A stretch of DNA of 64,000 nucleotides, taken from Myxococcota bacterium (lineage in GTDB: Bacteria; Myxococcota_A; Bradymonadia; UBA7976; UBA1532). Where the stretch lies: assembly GCA_036337435.1 (NCBI GenBank), contig JAYZEG010000011.1, positions 32,001-96,000 of the forward strand, written 5' to 3'. Of the stretch, positions 10,360 to 20,706 are shown one piece after another (position 1 is the first letter of the stretch; each line of letters begins with the position of its first letter). The notes under the pieces were generated by a model, which worked only from the letters and a program-made list of their open reading frames with translations, did no database searches and had not been told where the DNA came from. The translations under genes were made by a program, and so were the position numbers.

Positions 10360-11073
10360 CTAAGCCTTTGGACGTCCGTCAGCGAAACAGAGCTGTTCAA
10401 GTGCAATGCTGGCTGTCGTTCGCAAGGTCAGATCATACAGCGCAGATAAGGGCGTCACCTCCGGATTAATTTCTATACAGAGCGCACCCGCGTCTTTGGC
10501 GAGTAATGGCAGTTGTGCGGCTGGATAGACGACAGCTGACGTGCCAATACTGACGAATAGATCACAATCGGAAATCGCTGTGACTGCACTGGTGATCGTC
10601 GTTTCGTTGAGCATGTCTCCAAACCACACAATGTCGGGTCGCCAAAAAGACCCATCGGATTGCTTCGCGTCGAAAGGAGTGTCTCGGGTCATTTTTGATC
10701 GACCGGTTCGGTCGTCTCTTACTCGCCATAGACTTCCGTGGAGTTCTATGACCGATTTGGATCCCGCCAGTTGATGAAGTCCGTCGATGTTTTGCGTGAC
10801 AACCGTTACGGAGGGACATTTTTTTTCGCAAGCGGCGATTGCAAAATGACCCCGATTTGGTTCGCATTCGCTCACCAGCTTTCGACGGTAGTTGTGGAAG
10901 TCCCATACTGCGCCGGGATCTCTATCAAAAGCGTCCTGGCATGCGTAGCTCAAGTAGTCGTATTCTTTCCAAATGCCTCCAGCACCTCGATAGGTTGGAA
11001 CGCCACTTTCAGCGGACATCCCTGCTCCTGTAAAAAAGACGATTCGGTCGAAATCAGCGGTGTTGACGTCCAT
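10360..11073 (-). CDS. cobB: NAD-dependent protein deacylase (class III sirtuin, CobB/SIRT5-like)
   Basis: GAGMSAESGVPTYRG, TQNIDGLH, HGS, RPDIVWFG, GTSAVVYPAA, EINPE. Confidence 0.93.
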   Translation of the reverse strand: MDVNTADFDRIVFFTGAGMSAESGVPTYRGAGGIWKEYDYLSYACQDAFDRDPGAVWDFHNYRRKLVSECEPNRGHFAIAACEKKCPSVTVVTQNIDGLHQLAGSKSVIELHGSLWRVRDDRTGRSKMTRDTPFDAKQSDGSFWRPDIVWFGDMLNETTITSAVTAISDCDLFVSIGTSAVVYPAAQLPLLAKDAGALCIEINPEVTPLSALYDLTLRTTASIALEQLCFADGRPKA

Positions 11074-11140
11074 CAATCAGCCACTCCCTAAGTTTTTATG
11101 CAGCAAAGGTCCACTTCAAGTCGAAGTGTTGCTATCATCC

Positions 11141-12736
11141 ATGGCAATGGAGAACCTATCAAGCCCCCAATCGAAAGGTGTCGTGTCCGCTGGTGATGCC
11201 CAGACGGCCGAAGCCGGTAAAATCATCTTGGAGCAAGGTGGGAACGCCTTCGATGCGGTTGTTGCATCTGGTTTTGCTGCATTCGTCTGTGAAGTTGCTC
11301 TATGCGGCCCACTTGGCGGTGGGGTTATGCTGGCAAAAACAGCTCAGGGGACAACCCAATCGGTCGAGTTTTTTGGACGAACGCCAGGCCTCGGGGGGCC
11401 TCAGCCGAGCCAGCTTGATTTTGGCGAAGAGACCATTGATTTTGGGGTGACAACCCAAAGTTTTAAAGTCGGCAAGGGGGCTGCAGCTCTGGGCCTTGCG
11501 CTACCTGGCTTGGTCGATATCCATAAGAAATGGGGACGGTTACCCTTACATCGGGTGGCTGAACCCGCCGTTCGTCTCGGCCGAGATGGATTTGTTGTCG
11601 GTGCGCCAATGGCCTATATCCTCGAGTTGATCTCGCCGATTTTTTCTTGGACACCAGAGTCGAAGGCCTTGGTCCATATCGATGGACGGCTCCCCACCGC
11701 GGGCGAGCGCATGTTTAACGCAGACCTTGCAACCGTGTTGGAGGATATCGCTGATAATCCATCTGAGCTTCAGGGGCTATACGCGGATTTTGCGCGTCAT
11801 TTCGGGCCATCGCAGGGTGGACTCATCACGGCCCGTGATTTAACGAGTTATGAAATTGAATACGCAGACCCGATCGCTGTGAGAATGCGAGATTGGAGCC
11901 TGGCTACGATGCCATCACCCTCAAGCGGTGGTTCATTGATCGCGTTGGGCCTACGTTTACTCGAAGGCCTCGGTGATGACACTCGGTTCCTATCGTTAGA
12001 TCACCTCGTTCAAGTCGCTTTGACACAGAGGATGCTGCTCGATGTTCGGACGCCAGAATTCGATGAACAACTGCGAGACCCCGCATTTATCAAGTCGTTG
12101 TTGTCGAGGTCGAATGTCAACCGCTTGCGGGAGTGCCTTGCTCGACCACCCATCGCGAGGCCCGACAATCATCTCGGTTCGACGACTCAGATTAGCGTGA
12201 TCGATAAAGAGGGCGGTGTGGCGGCGATGACCTTGACCAATGGTGAAGGCTGCGGCTGTGTCATTCCTGGCACAGGTATTGAAGTGAACAATCTACTTGG
12301 TGAAGCCGATATCAACCCACGGGGCTTTCATTGTGACCCGCCCGGAACTCGTATGTCGACAATGATGGCACCGACGGTTGGCCTCAATGGTCAGGGAGAC
12401 TTAATCGCCTTGGGCAGTGGTGGTTCAAATCGACTCCGCAATGCCATCATGATGACCCTTTGCAATCTCATCGAATACGGCTGTAGTCCGGCCGACGCGG
12501 TGTCAGCGCCCCGTTTGCACCTTGATGCGTCCGATGGTGACTTTGAACTAAACGTTGAAGTTGCAGAGCACCATGACGACATGTTGGATGGTCTGAGAGA
12601 AGTTTTTCCAAAGTTGGTCCGCTTTCCGGGACGAAACATGTTTTTTGGCGGCGTACACACAGCCCTATCACTCAATGGCCAACTCAGTGGCATAGGGGAC
12701 GCTCGTCGTGGAGGCTGTTCTGCCATTGCTCGCTGA
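11141..12736 (+). CDS. ggt: Gamma-glutamyltransferase family (Ntn hydrolase)
   Basis: GGNAFDA, GPLGGG, PSPSSGG, autoprocessing STTQISVID, GSGG, APRLH, DARRGG. Confidence 0.9.
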   Translation: MAMENLSSPQSKGVVSAGDAQTAEAGKIILEQGGNAFDAVVASGFAAFVCEVALCGPLGGGVMLAKTAQGTTQSVEFFGRTPGLGGPQPSQLDFGEETIDFGVTTQSFKVGKGAAALGLALPGLVDIHKKWGRLPLHRVAEPAVRLGRDGFVVGAPMAYILELISPIFSWTPESKALVHIDGRLPTAGERMFNADLATVLEDIADNPSELQGLYADFARHFGPSQGGLITARDLTSYEIEYADPIAVRMRDWSLATMPSPSSGGSLIALGLRLLEGLGDDTRFLSLDHLVQVALTQRMLLDVRTPEFDEQLRDPAFIKSLLSRSNVNRLRECLARPPIARPDNHLGSTTQISVIDKEGGVAAMTLTNGEGCGCVIPGTGIEVNNLLGEADINPRGFHCDPPGTRMSTMMAPTVGLNGQGDLIALGSGGSNRLRNAIMMTLCNLIEYGCSPADAVSAPRLHLDASDGDFELNVEVAEHHDDMLDGLREVFPKLVRFPGRNMFFGGVHTALSLNGQLSGIGDARRGGCSAIAR

Positions 12737-12996
12737 GTTTCTTGGCGAACCGTCGGCCGGATAGCCCACTCTCGTACCTTTAGAGGGCCTGTTCATCTCG
12801 AGTTGATAGGCGGTCTGAATCGAGTCCTATCCTCAGAGTAATCTCAAGTGGGTCATCTCCGTCACACCTTTCCATCAAGACGAGTCCTCCGAGTCTCGCT
12901 CCAAGGCTGTTTAACTCGGTATTCGAACTCAGCGGGTTTCTGGCATAGGCGTTGCAATCCTTGGATTCCATCCGCAGCTCATTCAGAAGGAACACC

Positions 12997-14148
12997 ATGA
13001 TGATGCGCCAACTCTGGTTCTCCCCTATGATTTTATTCATGTCGGTGGGTTGCTCTGACCCGTATCACGACTTCAACTCGCATCCAGACGGGCAGTTTGC
13101 CAACGGATCCCGATTCGTCGACAAGAGTCGCCTTGGGCAAGGGCATGCCTACATCGGCGATGCGTGCTCAATGGGCTGTGTCTGGTCTAAGTATGCCATC
13201 GATGTAGGTGCTCAAAGTCCCACGCACGATTGTTTTGGCGACCGATGTGCTTGTGTGGAATTCGGCAACGTCTATTCAGCGTGCGTCGCCGATGTCGATA
13301 CCGAAGGCCAGCCAAACCCCGACTCTGAGCCGGTCTCGTGGTTTGGAGATGATAACGGACACCAGCCGGGGGTCGGAGATACGTGTGCGATGGGTTGTCT
13401 TTGGTCTGCCTACGCAGTGTCTATGGGTGCTCAATCGCCAACTGAACAATGTGATATAGGGCCGTGTGCCTGTGTTCTCCAGGGTAATATTTGGTTTGAC
13501 TGTCAGTCGTCGGAATCCGGCGGTGCTTGGCGCCCAGACGACGCTGAACCGGCCCCTCCGGCAGCTTCGCCACAGGCAGACTCTCAAGCTGGGCCAGAGT
13601 CCTATTCGAGTCCATCATCTGGTCGGGCCCATGTGCCGTATTTTTGTCAATATCGTAATCAATTACAGGGGTGGGCCACCTGCCAAAATACATCCATTGC
13701 AATGATTTTAGCCAAGCATGGCTGGAGGGGCGTTCCTGATGATATCACTCGGATTTACGGCCGCTTCACCGCACAAAGCCCGAGCGGCCTGGCCAATGTT
13801 TTTAATTTGATGGCCTCGGATGCAGGGCTATCGGTGCGAGCTACACCCGTAACAAATGGACGTTTATCGGAGCTACGTGCAGAGTTATCCGCGGGTCGGC
13901 CAGTGATTATTCACGGCTATTTCACAGCTGGGCATGTGATCGTTGTTACAGGATTTGATTCAAATGGATACTATGTCAATGACCCAGCGGGTCGCTGGAA
14001 CGAGGTTTTTATGGGCGGATATCCGTCGTGGTGTTCTGCGACCGAGGGACAGGGTCTCTATTACTCGAAAGCCGCATTCGAAACCGCTGTGTCCAGAGCG
14101 GAAGATGGCCATACTCAACTCCCCCTGTGGTTTCATAAATTTCGTTAG
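12997..14148 (+). CDS. Lipoprotein with two six-Cys modules and a C-terminal C39-like (papain-fold) peptidase
   Basis: PYFCQ...TCQNTSIAMIL (Cys), GHVIVVTGFD (His), YVNDP (Asp); lipobox SVGC. Confidence 0.85.
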   Translation: MMMRQLWFSPMILFMSVGCSDPYHDFNSHPDGQFANGSRFVDKSRLGQGHAYIGDACSMGCVWSKYAIDVGAQSPTHDCFGDRCACVEFGNVYSACVADVDTEGQPNPDSEPVSWFGDDNGHQPGVGDTCAMGCLWSAYAVSMGAQSPTEQCDIGPCACVLQGNIWFDCQSSESGGAWRPDDAEPAPPAASPQADSQAGPESYSSPSSGRAHVPYFCQYRNQLQGWATCQNTSIAMILAKHGWRGVPDDITRIYGRFTAQSPSGLANVFNLMASDAGLSVRATPVTNGRLSELRAELSAGRPVIIHGYFTAGHVIVVTGFDSNGYYVNDPAGRWNEVFMGGYPSWCSATEGQGLYYSKAAFETAVSRAEDGHTQLPLWFHKFR

Positions 14149-15305
14149 GTCGTCTTGACGTGTCGGTCTGGTGCATGAATGACGCAGCCCCCGATCATCT
14201 CTCCGTTCCATTTGGCCAACAGTGCCTCACGGAGATTTACCAGTGGGAAGCGATGGGATATGTATGGCCTAATCAGACCTTGTTCCGCCCAGCGACGCAA
14301 GTCACGTTGTCGTGTTCCACGTAACGATGGGTCATGTTTGGTAGAGATCACGGCTGGGCAACCAAGCACATCCAAGCTCTTCATCAGGATCAGATTTGTT
14401 GGAATCCGATTGGCATTCGGAGCGCCTCTGCGGCCACGCCCCCGTGCCACATCAGGGGTCGATGCCCAACCAACGATGAGGAATCGAGCACCAAAGCGAG
14501 TACACCGGATCGCTTCCAGTGAGGTGGGACCCCCCACGCCGTCATAGACGCAGTCAACACCTCGAGACCTTGTCAGTGATTTTACCTCGTTCCTAAATTG
14601 TGTAACCCCTGCGTCTGGACTCCCGTGAGTGCAGATGACGTGGTCAGCACCGAGTTCTTTGAGCTTTTCGACTTTAAGTGGGTTACGAGTCGTGGCTATC
14701 ACCTGTGCGCCCATGCATTTTGCAACTTGAATCGCGGCAATGCCGGTGGCGCCCGACGCACCGAGGATCAGCAGGTGTTCACCGGCTTTGAGCTGGCCGC
14801 GAGTGACCAGGCAATGGTAAGCGGTCTCGTAATTACCTGCAAAATTACAGGCTTCATCGTAGGTCCAGTTATGCGGGATTGGTCGGAGAACCGACGCTGG
14901 AACCACAGCATATGAGGCAAATCCACCGGCATGTTGATACGCGCCATCAGACCGTGGCCCCACGGAAAAACAATCGACGAACACCGGCCGATTCAGCCAT
15001 GTCGAGTTCGAGTCTGACCCGACTGCAATGACATCGCCAGCGAATTCCATGCCCGGTGTGTAGGGCAGCGTTGGCATGTGCTGGTACTGTCCGCTCGTCA
15101 TCAGCAGATCGACCCAACTAAGCCCCGCGCTGCGGATGGCGATCAGCACTTCGTTTTGGGCTAATTCATCTGGGTTGGGTGCAGCCTGCACCTCGATAGA
15201 AAGACTGTCTTTGATTCCTTGGAGAGGTGAGTCCGCTAGAGAAGAGACAAGGGCTTTCAATCCATTTTCTAAAGTCGACATCGGAAAAATCCTCAGATGT
15301 TTCAT
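14145..15305 (-). CDS. NADPH:quinone oxidoreductase family (MDR, zeta-crystallin-like)
   Basis: GQYQ..P.LPYTPGMEFAG, LILGASGATG, GVDCVYDGVGG; start uncertain (15281/15305/15371). Confidence 0.9.
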   Translation of the reverse strand: MKHLRIFPMSTLENGLKALVSSLADSPLQGIKDSLSIEVQAAPNPDELAQNEVLIAIRSAGLSWVDLLMTSGQYQHMPTLPYTPGMEFAGDVIAVGSDSNSTWLNRPVFVDCFSVGPRSDGAYQHAGGFASYAVVPASVLRPIPHNWTYDEACNFAGNYETAYHCLVTRGQLKAGEHLLILGASGATGIAAIQVAKCMGAQVIATTRNPLKVEKLKELGADHVICTHGSPDAGVTQFRNEVKSLTRSRGVDCVYDGVGGPTSLEAIRCTRFGARFLIVGWASTPDVARGRGRRGAPNANRIPTNLILMKSLDVLGCPAVISTKHDPSLRGTRQRDLRRWAEQGLIRPYISHRFPLVNLREALLAKWNGEMIGGCVIHAPDRHVKTT

Positions 15306-15743
15306 CGGTTTATTTGAGTCTGTCTTGAACGCTTGTGGCAGAACGGTACCGTTGCTGAGGTGCTTTGTCATCGGTTCACCGGGCGGGCAGCCTGCCTCAG
15401 GTGCGTCACGTGTCAACGACCCGGGTGACCACACCCCCATTTGAGCCTGTTTCAGCCCGCGTGGGTTGCGTCTGGTCAGCAGGTGAACGCGAGTTTTCCC
15501 TGACCGACAACCATCATCTCATGTCCTTTGGGGCCTTATCTTGAGCCGATGTCGAGATTGGACCTTCAGACGGTTTTTTGATTTTTGATTTGGCGTTTTT
15601 GTCCGATGGGCATTTCGGATATATTGCAATCTGTTTGGGATTAAACTATCGTCCGGTAGTTTTATGCCGTATGGGCGTCGTAGAGACGTTAGGGGACTTG
15701 AACGATGACAAGACCCAAGACCAGTTGACCAGGAGTATGGACC

Positions 15744-18700
15744 GTGACCCGGGGATGCGCTCTTACCGCTTCGTTCGTAATTGTAATGGCTGGGATGCTG
15801 CATGGCTGCTTATCCGACGCAGGCAACGGGTTGGCCGAAGCACCACCCGCCGCAACCACAGTCAAAATGGACTTCGAAGCACGCCCTCTACCGGAGATCC
15901 CACTGCCCAATGATTTGGCGACCATCTACGATGAGAGTGCTGCGACGAAAAGGCGCATTAATGCTTCGATGCTCGCACCGACTGCACTTGAACGGCGCGT
16001 TCGAGAGAAAGTCGATCAATTGGATGGCTGGGGTATCAACCAGCCAATCACCATTCCATTCACTGGACCCATTGGCATTGAATCTGTTCTCGCAGGCCAC
16101 CGAGATGTTGATTATGACCTGACCAACGACGTGATTTATCTCATTGACGTTGATCCAACATCGCCCGAATTCGGCGAGAAAAAATACCTTGATGTCGGCA
16201 ATGGTAATTATCCTTTCGTGGTCGAGGACTTTGACATTTATGGACCCCATGACCCGCGGGGACAAACGCTGACACTTTTGTTTGAGGAAACCAATGAAGA
16301 TATCAACGGCAATGGTCAGCTCGATCCAGGCGAAGATACCGATATGGATGGTGTCTTAGACAAGCCAAACTATTTTCCAGGTTTAAATCCAGCAGCCGAT
16401 GACTTGAGTGGTCGAGCTGATGCGACCATGACCTTCTATGAGCGCGAGACCGACACGCTGATCGTGCGCCCGATGATGCCACTGCGTGAGCGGACCACGT
16501 ATGCTGTTGTGGTGACCCGCCGGCTTCTCGACCAAGACGGACAGCCCGTTGGATCACCGTTCAAGTTCGTAAATCATACCGGGCAAACGGAGGCTTTGAA
16601 GCGTCTGCCTGACGTTCTGGGACCCGAGTTAGACATCGCAGATGTTGCCTTTGCTTGGAGTTTTACGACGCAGACGGTCGAATCGGGCTGGGTCGCTGTG
16701 CGCGAAGGCTTATATGGACATGGCATTCAGGGGCATTTGGGACGAGATTTTCCGCCCAAGCTTGACTTGGCTGAGCTTAGAGATGTGGCCTATTTTGAGG
16801 GCAGCACGAACCCATTCGTTCTCTACACAGAAAACTGGCTGAATGTATTTAAAACATTCGGACCACAATTGTTTAGCTTCGACGAGTCAGATGACCTCTT
16901 TCAGCGCTTGGCAGAGTCACAGCAATACATTGATTATCATGTCATGGGGAGTTTTGATTCGCCTCAATTATTCGAGCGAGATTATACGTCTCACACACCA
17001 CCGGACTGCGCTGCCTTGTGTTCCCATTTAGCCGAGTGCGCAACACAACGTGAGCTCCCTGCTATCGCCGCCGACTGTGACGCACGTTGTGTCGATTGGA
17101 ATCCCGCTCAACGCGCCTGCCGGGCGGACCGCTGTCAAGCTTTCGAGGACTGCGAGGACGAGTTACCCAGGCTCCCTTATGATGCCCAATCATGGCCCGA
17201 GGACCTTCATTCCAAAGCGGCATCAGCACGACGGGAAAAAGTACACTTTTGGATGGCTGTCCCTCGTAAAGAAGTCTCTCCGCGAAAAGATGGCAAACCA
17301 GCCGGTGTTGTCATCGTGAGTCATGGCTACACCCTAAATCGCGTCGACACGATGATTCCCTTTGCTGGTGAACTGGCCCGTCGAGGCAATGCCGTGATCG
17401 CCATCGACTGTGTCTCCCATGGGCCAATTCCCCTTGAACCAGACGTCGAGACCTTGGCTTCGTCACTCCTGGAGGGCTTTGGCTTGGCCCCACTCATTGA
17501 CGTACTCCTGAACACAAGAGCGGCAGATTTGAATCGAGACGGATCCATCGATTCGGGCGCTGATTTTTGGACATCGTATCTGTTTCACACACGTGATGTT
17601 GTGCGCCAATGCAACCTAGACCATATGCAATTGGTCCGTATTTTAAGGTCTTTCGATGGACTCTTGAAAGATGTCGACTTGGATGGTGATGGCGAGCCTG
17701 AATTGGCCGGTGATTTCGATGGCGATGGTGTTGTGGATGTCGGCGGCCCTGACGTATCCATTGGCATGATCGGCACATCTCTCGGCGGCATCATGTCCGC
17801 CATGCTGGCGGGAACTGAACCTGGCTTGACCGCGTCGGTTCCAGTGGCGGGCGGCGGTATTTTGACCGACATTGGCGTTCGCTCGAATCAGGGCGGCGTC
17901 GTCGAAGCTGTTGTGCTTCGTTTGATGTCGTCCATCTTCATTGGGCAGAGAGACGAAGAAGCCGGCACGACCCGCATACAAACTCTGGTGCCCAATCTCA
18001 ATGATCGGTCATTGTTGGAGCTAGGCGATTGGGATGACCTCGCCCCCGGTCATATCGTACTTGCCGTCAATGTCGACAACGACGAGCGGGTGTGCGCACG
18101 TGTGGATGAGGGCGGAAATTTTCGACTTCAACTAGCTACTGATCTCGATGACCGGATTATTCTGTCTGCTTTTGAACAGGAAATTCCTTGTTTGTGCGAT
18201 ACAGACTGCGTCCCCGACGGAGAGACAGCACTGTCGATTTCGGTGTTTGATACATTGGGCACTGACGTGGTTTTCCAGGGCCAGTCTTTTACACAGGGTC
18301 AGCCGCTGCGGGCTTTTGCAGAAGGCTTGGGCCTTCGCAGAGCATCGCCTGCCCTGCGGCGATTTATGGGCCTTGGTCAGCTGGTCCTCGACCCAGCCGA
18401 CCCGGCGTCGGTTGCACCACACTTCACCGAGCGGCCCATGGTCTTTCCCAATGTGGGTGACCAGACGTCAACGCACACCATCGTTGTGACGACCATGGGC
18501 GATATGAACGTGCCTGCCAGTTCAGGTGTGAGTTTGTCCCGTGCAGCCGGTTACGTGAATTTCCTCGACCCCGACACCGACTATGAAGACACGGTCTTCG
18601 CGGGCAGTCCGCCTAACCAAATTCTGATCGATACTTACGTCGCCGAAGCTGTCCATACCCTGGCTCGTTTTGAAGATGTTGATGGAAATCCAGTGCATTA

Positions 18701-19130
18701 TGACGTTGAAAACTTCAGCCAAGGAGAAGACATCTATGCATCTCGCGAGATTCCACGATTGGATCCACCGCTGAGACTGAAGTTAGATGAAACGGACCCA
18801 ACGGGTGGGGTTTCCGGCGCCATGTTCCTTTTTGTTCATCCCTCTGGTTGGCATGGTTTTGCACTCCCAGGAACCGAACGCGCCCAGGCTCTCTCTGCCT
18901 GCCAAGCCACATGCGCGGATGACGATGATCCGTGCCAAGCGAATTGCCTGACCTATGCCGCCGAGGTCTTTGATGGTGGTGATTTTATGTCTGGTATGAT
19001 CGCCAACTACTTTGCCTCAGGTGGGACTAATTTTCGCACCGATGTGTGCTTGGGTAGAGATAATTGTGAAGGTGATAAACCACCAGTTCCACCCGAACGA
19101 GACATTCCCGAAATGTATGAGATGCCCTGA
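15744..19130 (+). CDS. Giant lipoprotein with alpha/beta-hydrolase (lipase-like) core
   Basis: Lipobox LHGC; SHGY oxyanion motif, GTSLGG nucleophile elbow, GDMNVP, WHGF; several DxNxDG Ca-binding loops. Confidence 0.8.
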   Translation: MTRGCALTASFVIVMAGMLHGCLSDAGNGLAEAPPAATTVKMDFEARPLPEIPLPNDLATIYDESAATKRRINASMLAPTALERRVREKVDQLDGWGINQPITIPFTGPIGIESVLAGHRDVDYDLTNDVIYLIDVDPTSPEFGEKKYLDVGNGNYPFVVEDFDIYGPHDPRGQTLTLLFEETNEDINGNGQLDPGEDTDMDGVLDKPNYFPGLNPAADDLSGRADATMTFYERETDTLIVRPMMPLRERTTYAVVVTRRLLDQDGQPVGSPFKFVNHTGQTEALKRLPDVLGPELDIADVAFAWSFTTQTVESGWVAVREGLYGHGIQGHLGRDFPPKLDLAELRDVAYFEGSTNPFVLYTENWLNVFKTFGPQLFSFDESDDLFQRLAESQQYIDYHVMGSFDSPQLFERDYTSHTPPDCAALCSHLAECATQRELPAIAADCDARCVDWNPAQRACRADRCQAFEDCEDELPRLPYDAQSWPEDLHSKAASARREKVHFWMAVPRKEVSPRKDGKPAGVVIVSHGYTLNRVDTMIPFAGELARRGNAVIAIDCVSHGPIPLEPDVETLASSLLEGFGLAPLIDVLLNTRAADLNRDGSIDSGADFWTSYLFHTRDVVRQCNLDHMQLVRILRSFDGLLKDVDLDGDGEPELAGDFDGDGVVDVGGPDVSIGMIGTSLGGIMSAMLAGTEPGLTASVPVAGGGILTDIGVRSNQGGVVEAVVLRLMSSIFIGQRDEEAGTTRIQTLVPNLNDRSLLELGDWDDLAPGHIVLAVNVDNDERVCARVDEGGNFRLQLATDLDDRIILSAFEQEIPCLCDTDCVPDGETALSISVFDTLGTDVVFQGQSFTQGQPLRAFAEGLGLRRASPALRRFMGLGQLVLDPADPASVAPHFTERPMVFPNVGDQTSTHTIVVTTMGDMNVPASSGVSLSRAAGYVNFLDPDTDYEDTVFAGSPPNQILIDTYVAEAVHTLARFEDVDGNPVHYDVENFSQGEDIYASREIPRLDPPLRLKLDETDPTGGVSGAMFLFVHPSGWHGFALPGTERAQALSACQATCADDDDPCQANCLTYAAEVFDGGDFMSGMIANYFASGGTNFRTDVCLGRDNCEGDKPPVPPERDIPEMYEMP

Positions 19131-19186
19131 AAAAAACTTCAAAAAGACCGTTCAAAGGTGACCGTCAGTCGATACAGCGAGACGAT

Positions 19187-20695
19187 ATGAAACGAATACA
19201 CGCACTCTGCATAGCCCTCTTATTGGTTTGGCCACAGGTCTCTTTCGCCGAAGAACGTGATGCGAACGATCCCTGGCAGGGGCATCTTAGCCTCGAGAGC
19301 GTTCACCAAACGATGGGACCAATTGTTGCCGATGATACAGGGATCCAAGCTGAGTCTGATCGTTGGCTGAGTACGCGTATCATGCTCTCGACTCAGTATC
19401 GTCCCACAAGGAATATTACGCTCCTCGCGGAGGGAGAGCTGCGCGTGTATCGGGCCTTTGATCAAGGCATGGAATTCGGCCTCGACTACGGACACGACAC
19501 CTTTGAATTCGGTCGGCATCAAGATGCGCGAGCAGCCTATTGGATCCCTCGGCAGTTAAGCGTCGAATGGGTTACATCCATCGGACTGTTTCGTTGTGGA
19601 CACCAAAGTGCACACTGTGGAACAGGTTTGCTGGTTCACGATGGCAAGGCAACGCGAATATTTGGCGACGGCTGGACTGGAAATCGTGTTGAGCGATGTG
19701 TTTATGGCGCCAAGGTTGGTGACAATTTGACGTTCTTCGCAGGCGGCGATTATGTTTTTCGAGATGATAATGCTGAACATCTGGAAGGAGACAGAGCGTT
19801 TGGTTGGACACTCGGTTTACGCTACCTCATCACTCAGACCCCATCAAAAGCCAAGCAAAGTGTGGTCTCGCTCTTGTTTGCCCAGCGGTTCCAGGAAGAT
19901 CGGCTTGATCCCAGGCAGCCAGATGGCAAACGGACACAGCTGGATGTCAATTCAATCGATTTTTATCTGAAGTGGGTCTTTCCGTTGACGTCCGGTGCGT
20001 CGTTTCTTCTGGAGTCTGAAATGGCTCTCCTCTTTGGGGAGACGACGCGTCCCTACTTAGAGGAGACATTTGAAGACGGTGCGGAGGTGCTCGCCGCCGG
20101 TGGGGTCATGCGACTCGGCTATCAAGGATCGGGTATCAATGCCACATTAGAGGCCGGGTTCGCATCCGGTGACAATGACCCGCAGGATGCGACCATTCGG
20201 CAATTTACGTTTAATCGTTCGTACACCGTAGGCTTGATTCTGTTCGAGCATGTTCTGCCGGTGGTGACAGCGCGCTCCGTTGATCGCGTAACCGATCCGG
20301 GACTCCTGGACGTGCCACCATCCGGACTTCGGTATACGGTCAATCAGGGCGCAGTGCGCAATGCGCTGTTCCTGTACCCGACATTGTCTTGGAGGCCCGA
20401 TGACCGTTGGTCACTGCGATTTGCCTACCTATTTGCTCAGCGGGCGTCTGATGCGCTGGATGTATATCAATCGGCAATAAATGGCGGTTACAATACATCT
20501 TTGGGAGGTGAACAGCCCGGTGGTCGCATCTTGGGTCAAGAGGTCGACCTTGGCGTCGACTTTGAGCATCGACTCGGTTCACTTGCATACCGCTTGAGTG
20601 TCGATGGAGGCGTCTTCCTCGCAGGCGATGCCTTCTCCGGTCTCATCAATGACCCTGTGTACACGACACGCGTGTCAGTGGGCATCCAATGGTAA
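19187..20695 (+). CDS. Outer-membrane beta-barrel protein (porin/alginate-export-like)
   Basis: Sec signal peptide; alternating beta strands; EAGFASGD and GQEVDL motifs; C-terminal VSVGIQW. Confidence 0.75.
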   Translation: MKRIHALCIALLLVWPQVSFAEERDANDPWQGHLSLESVHQTMGPIVADDTGIQAESDRWLSTRIMLSTQYRPTRNITLLAEGELRVYRAFDQGMEFGLDYGHDTFEFGRHQDARAAYWIPRQLSVEWVTSIGLFRCGHQSAHCGTGLLVHDGKATRIFGDGWTGNRVERCVYGAKVGDNLTFFAGGDYVFRDDNAEHLEGDRAFGWTLGLRYLITQTPSKAKQSVVSLLFAQRFQEDRLDPRQPDGKRTQLDVNSIDFYLKWVFPLTSGASFLLESEMALLFGETTRPYLEETFEDGAEVLAAGGVMRLGYQGSGINATLEAGFASGDNDPQDATIRQFTFNRSYTVGLILFEHVLPVVTARSVDRVTDPGLLDVPPSGLRYTVNQGAVRNALFLYPTLSWRPDDRWSLRFAYLFAQRASDALDVYQSAINGGYNTSLGGEQPGGRILGQEVDLGVDFEHRLGSLAYRLSVDGGVFLAGDAFSGLINDPVYTTRVSVGIQW

Positions 20696-20706
20696 TGGGA
20701 GCCATT

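Noticed and set aside
10360..11073. Sir2 protein as an anti-phage NADase (Thoeris/DSR)
   Set aside because: Has complete CobB/SIRT5 deacylase motifs, normal size, and no defence-gene neighbours
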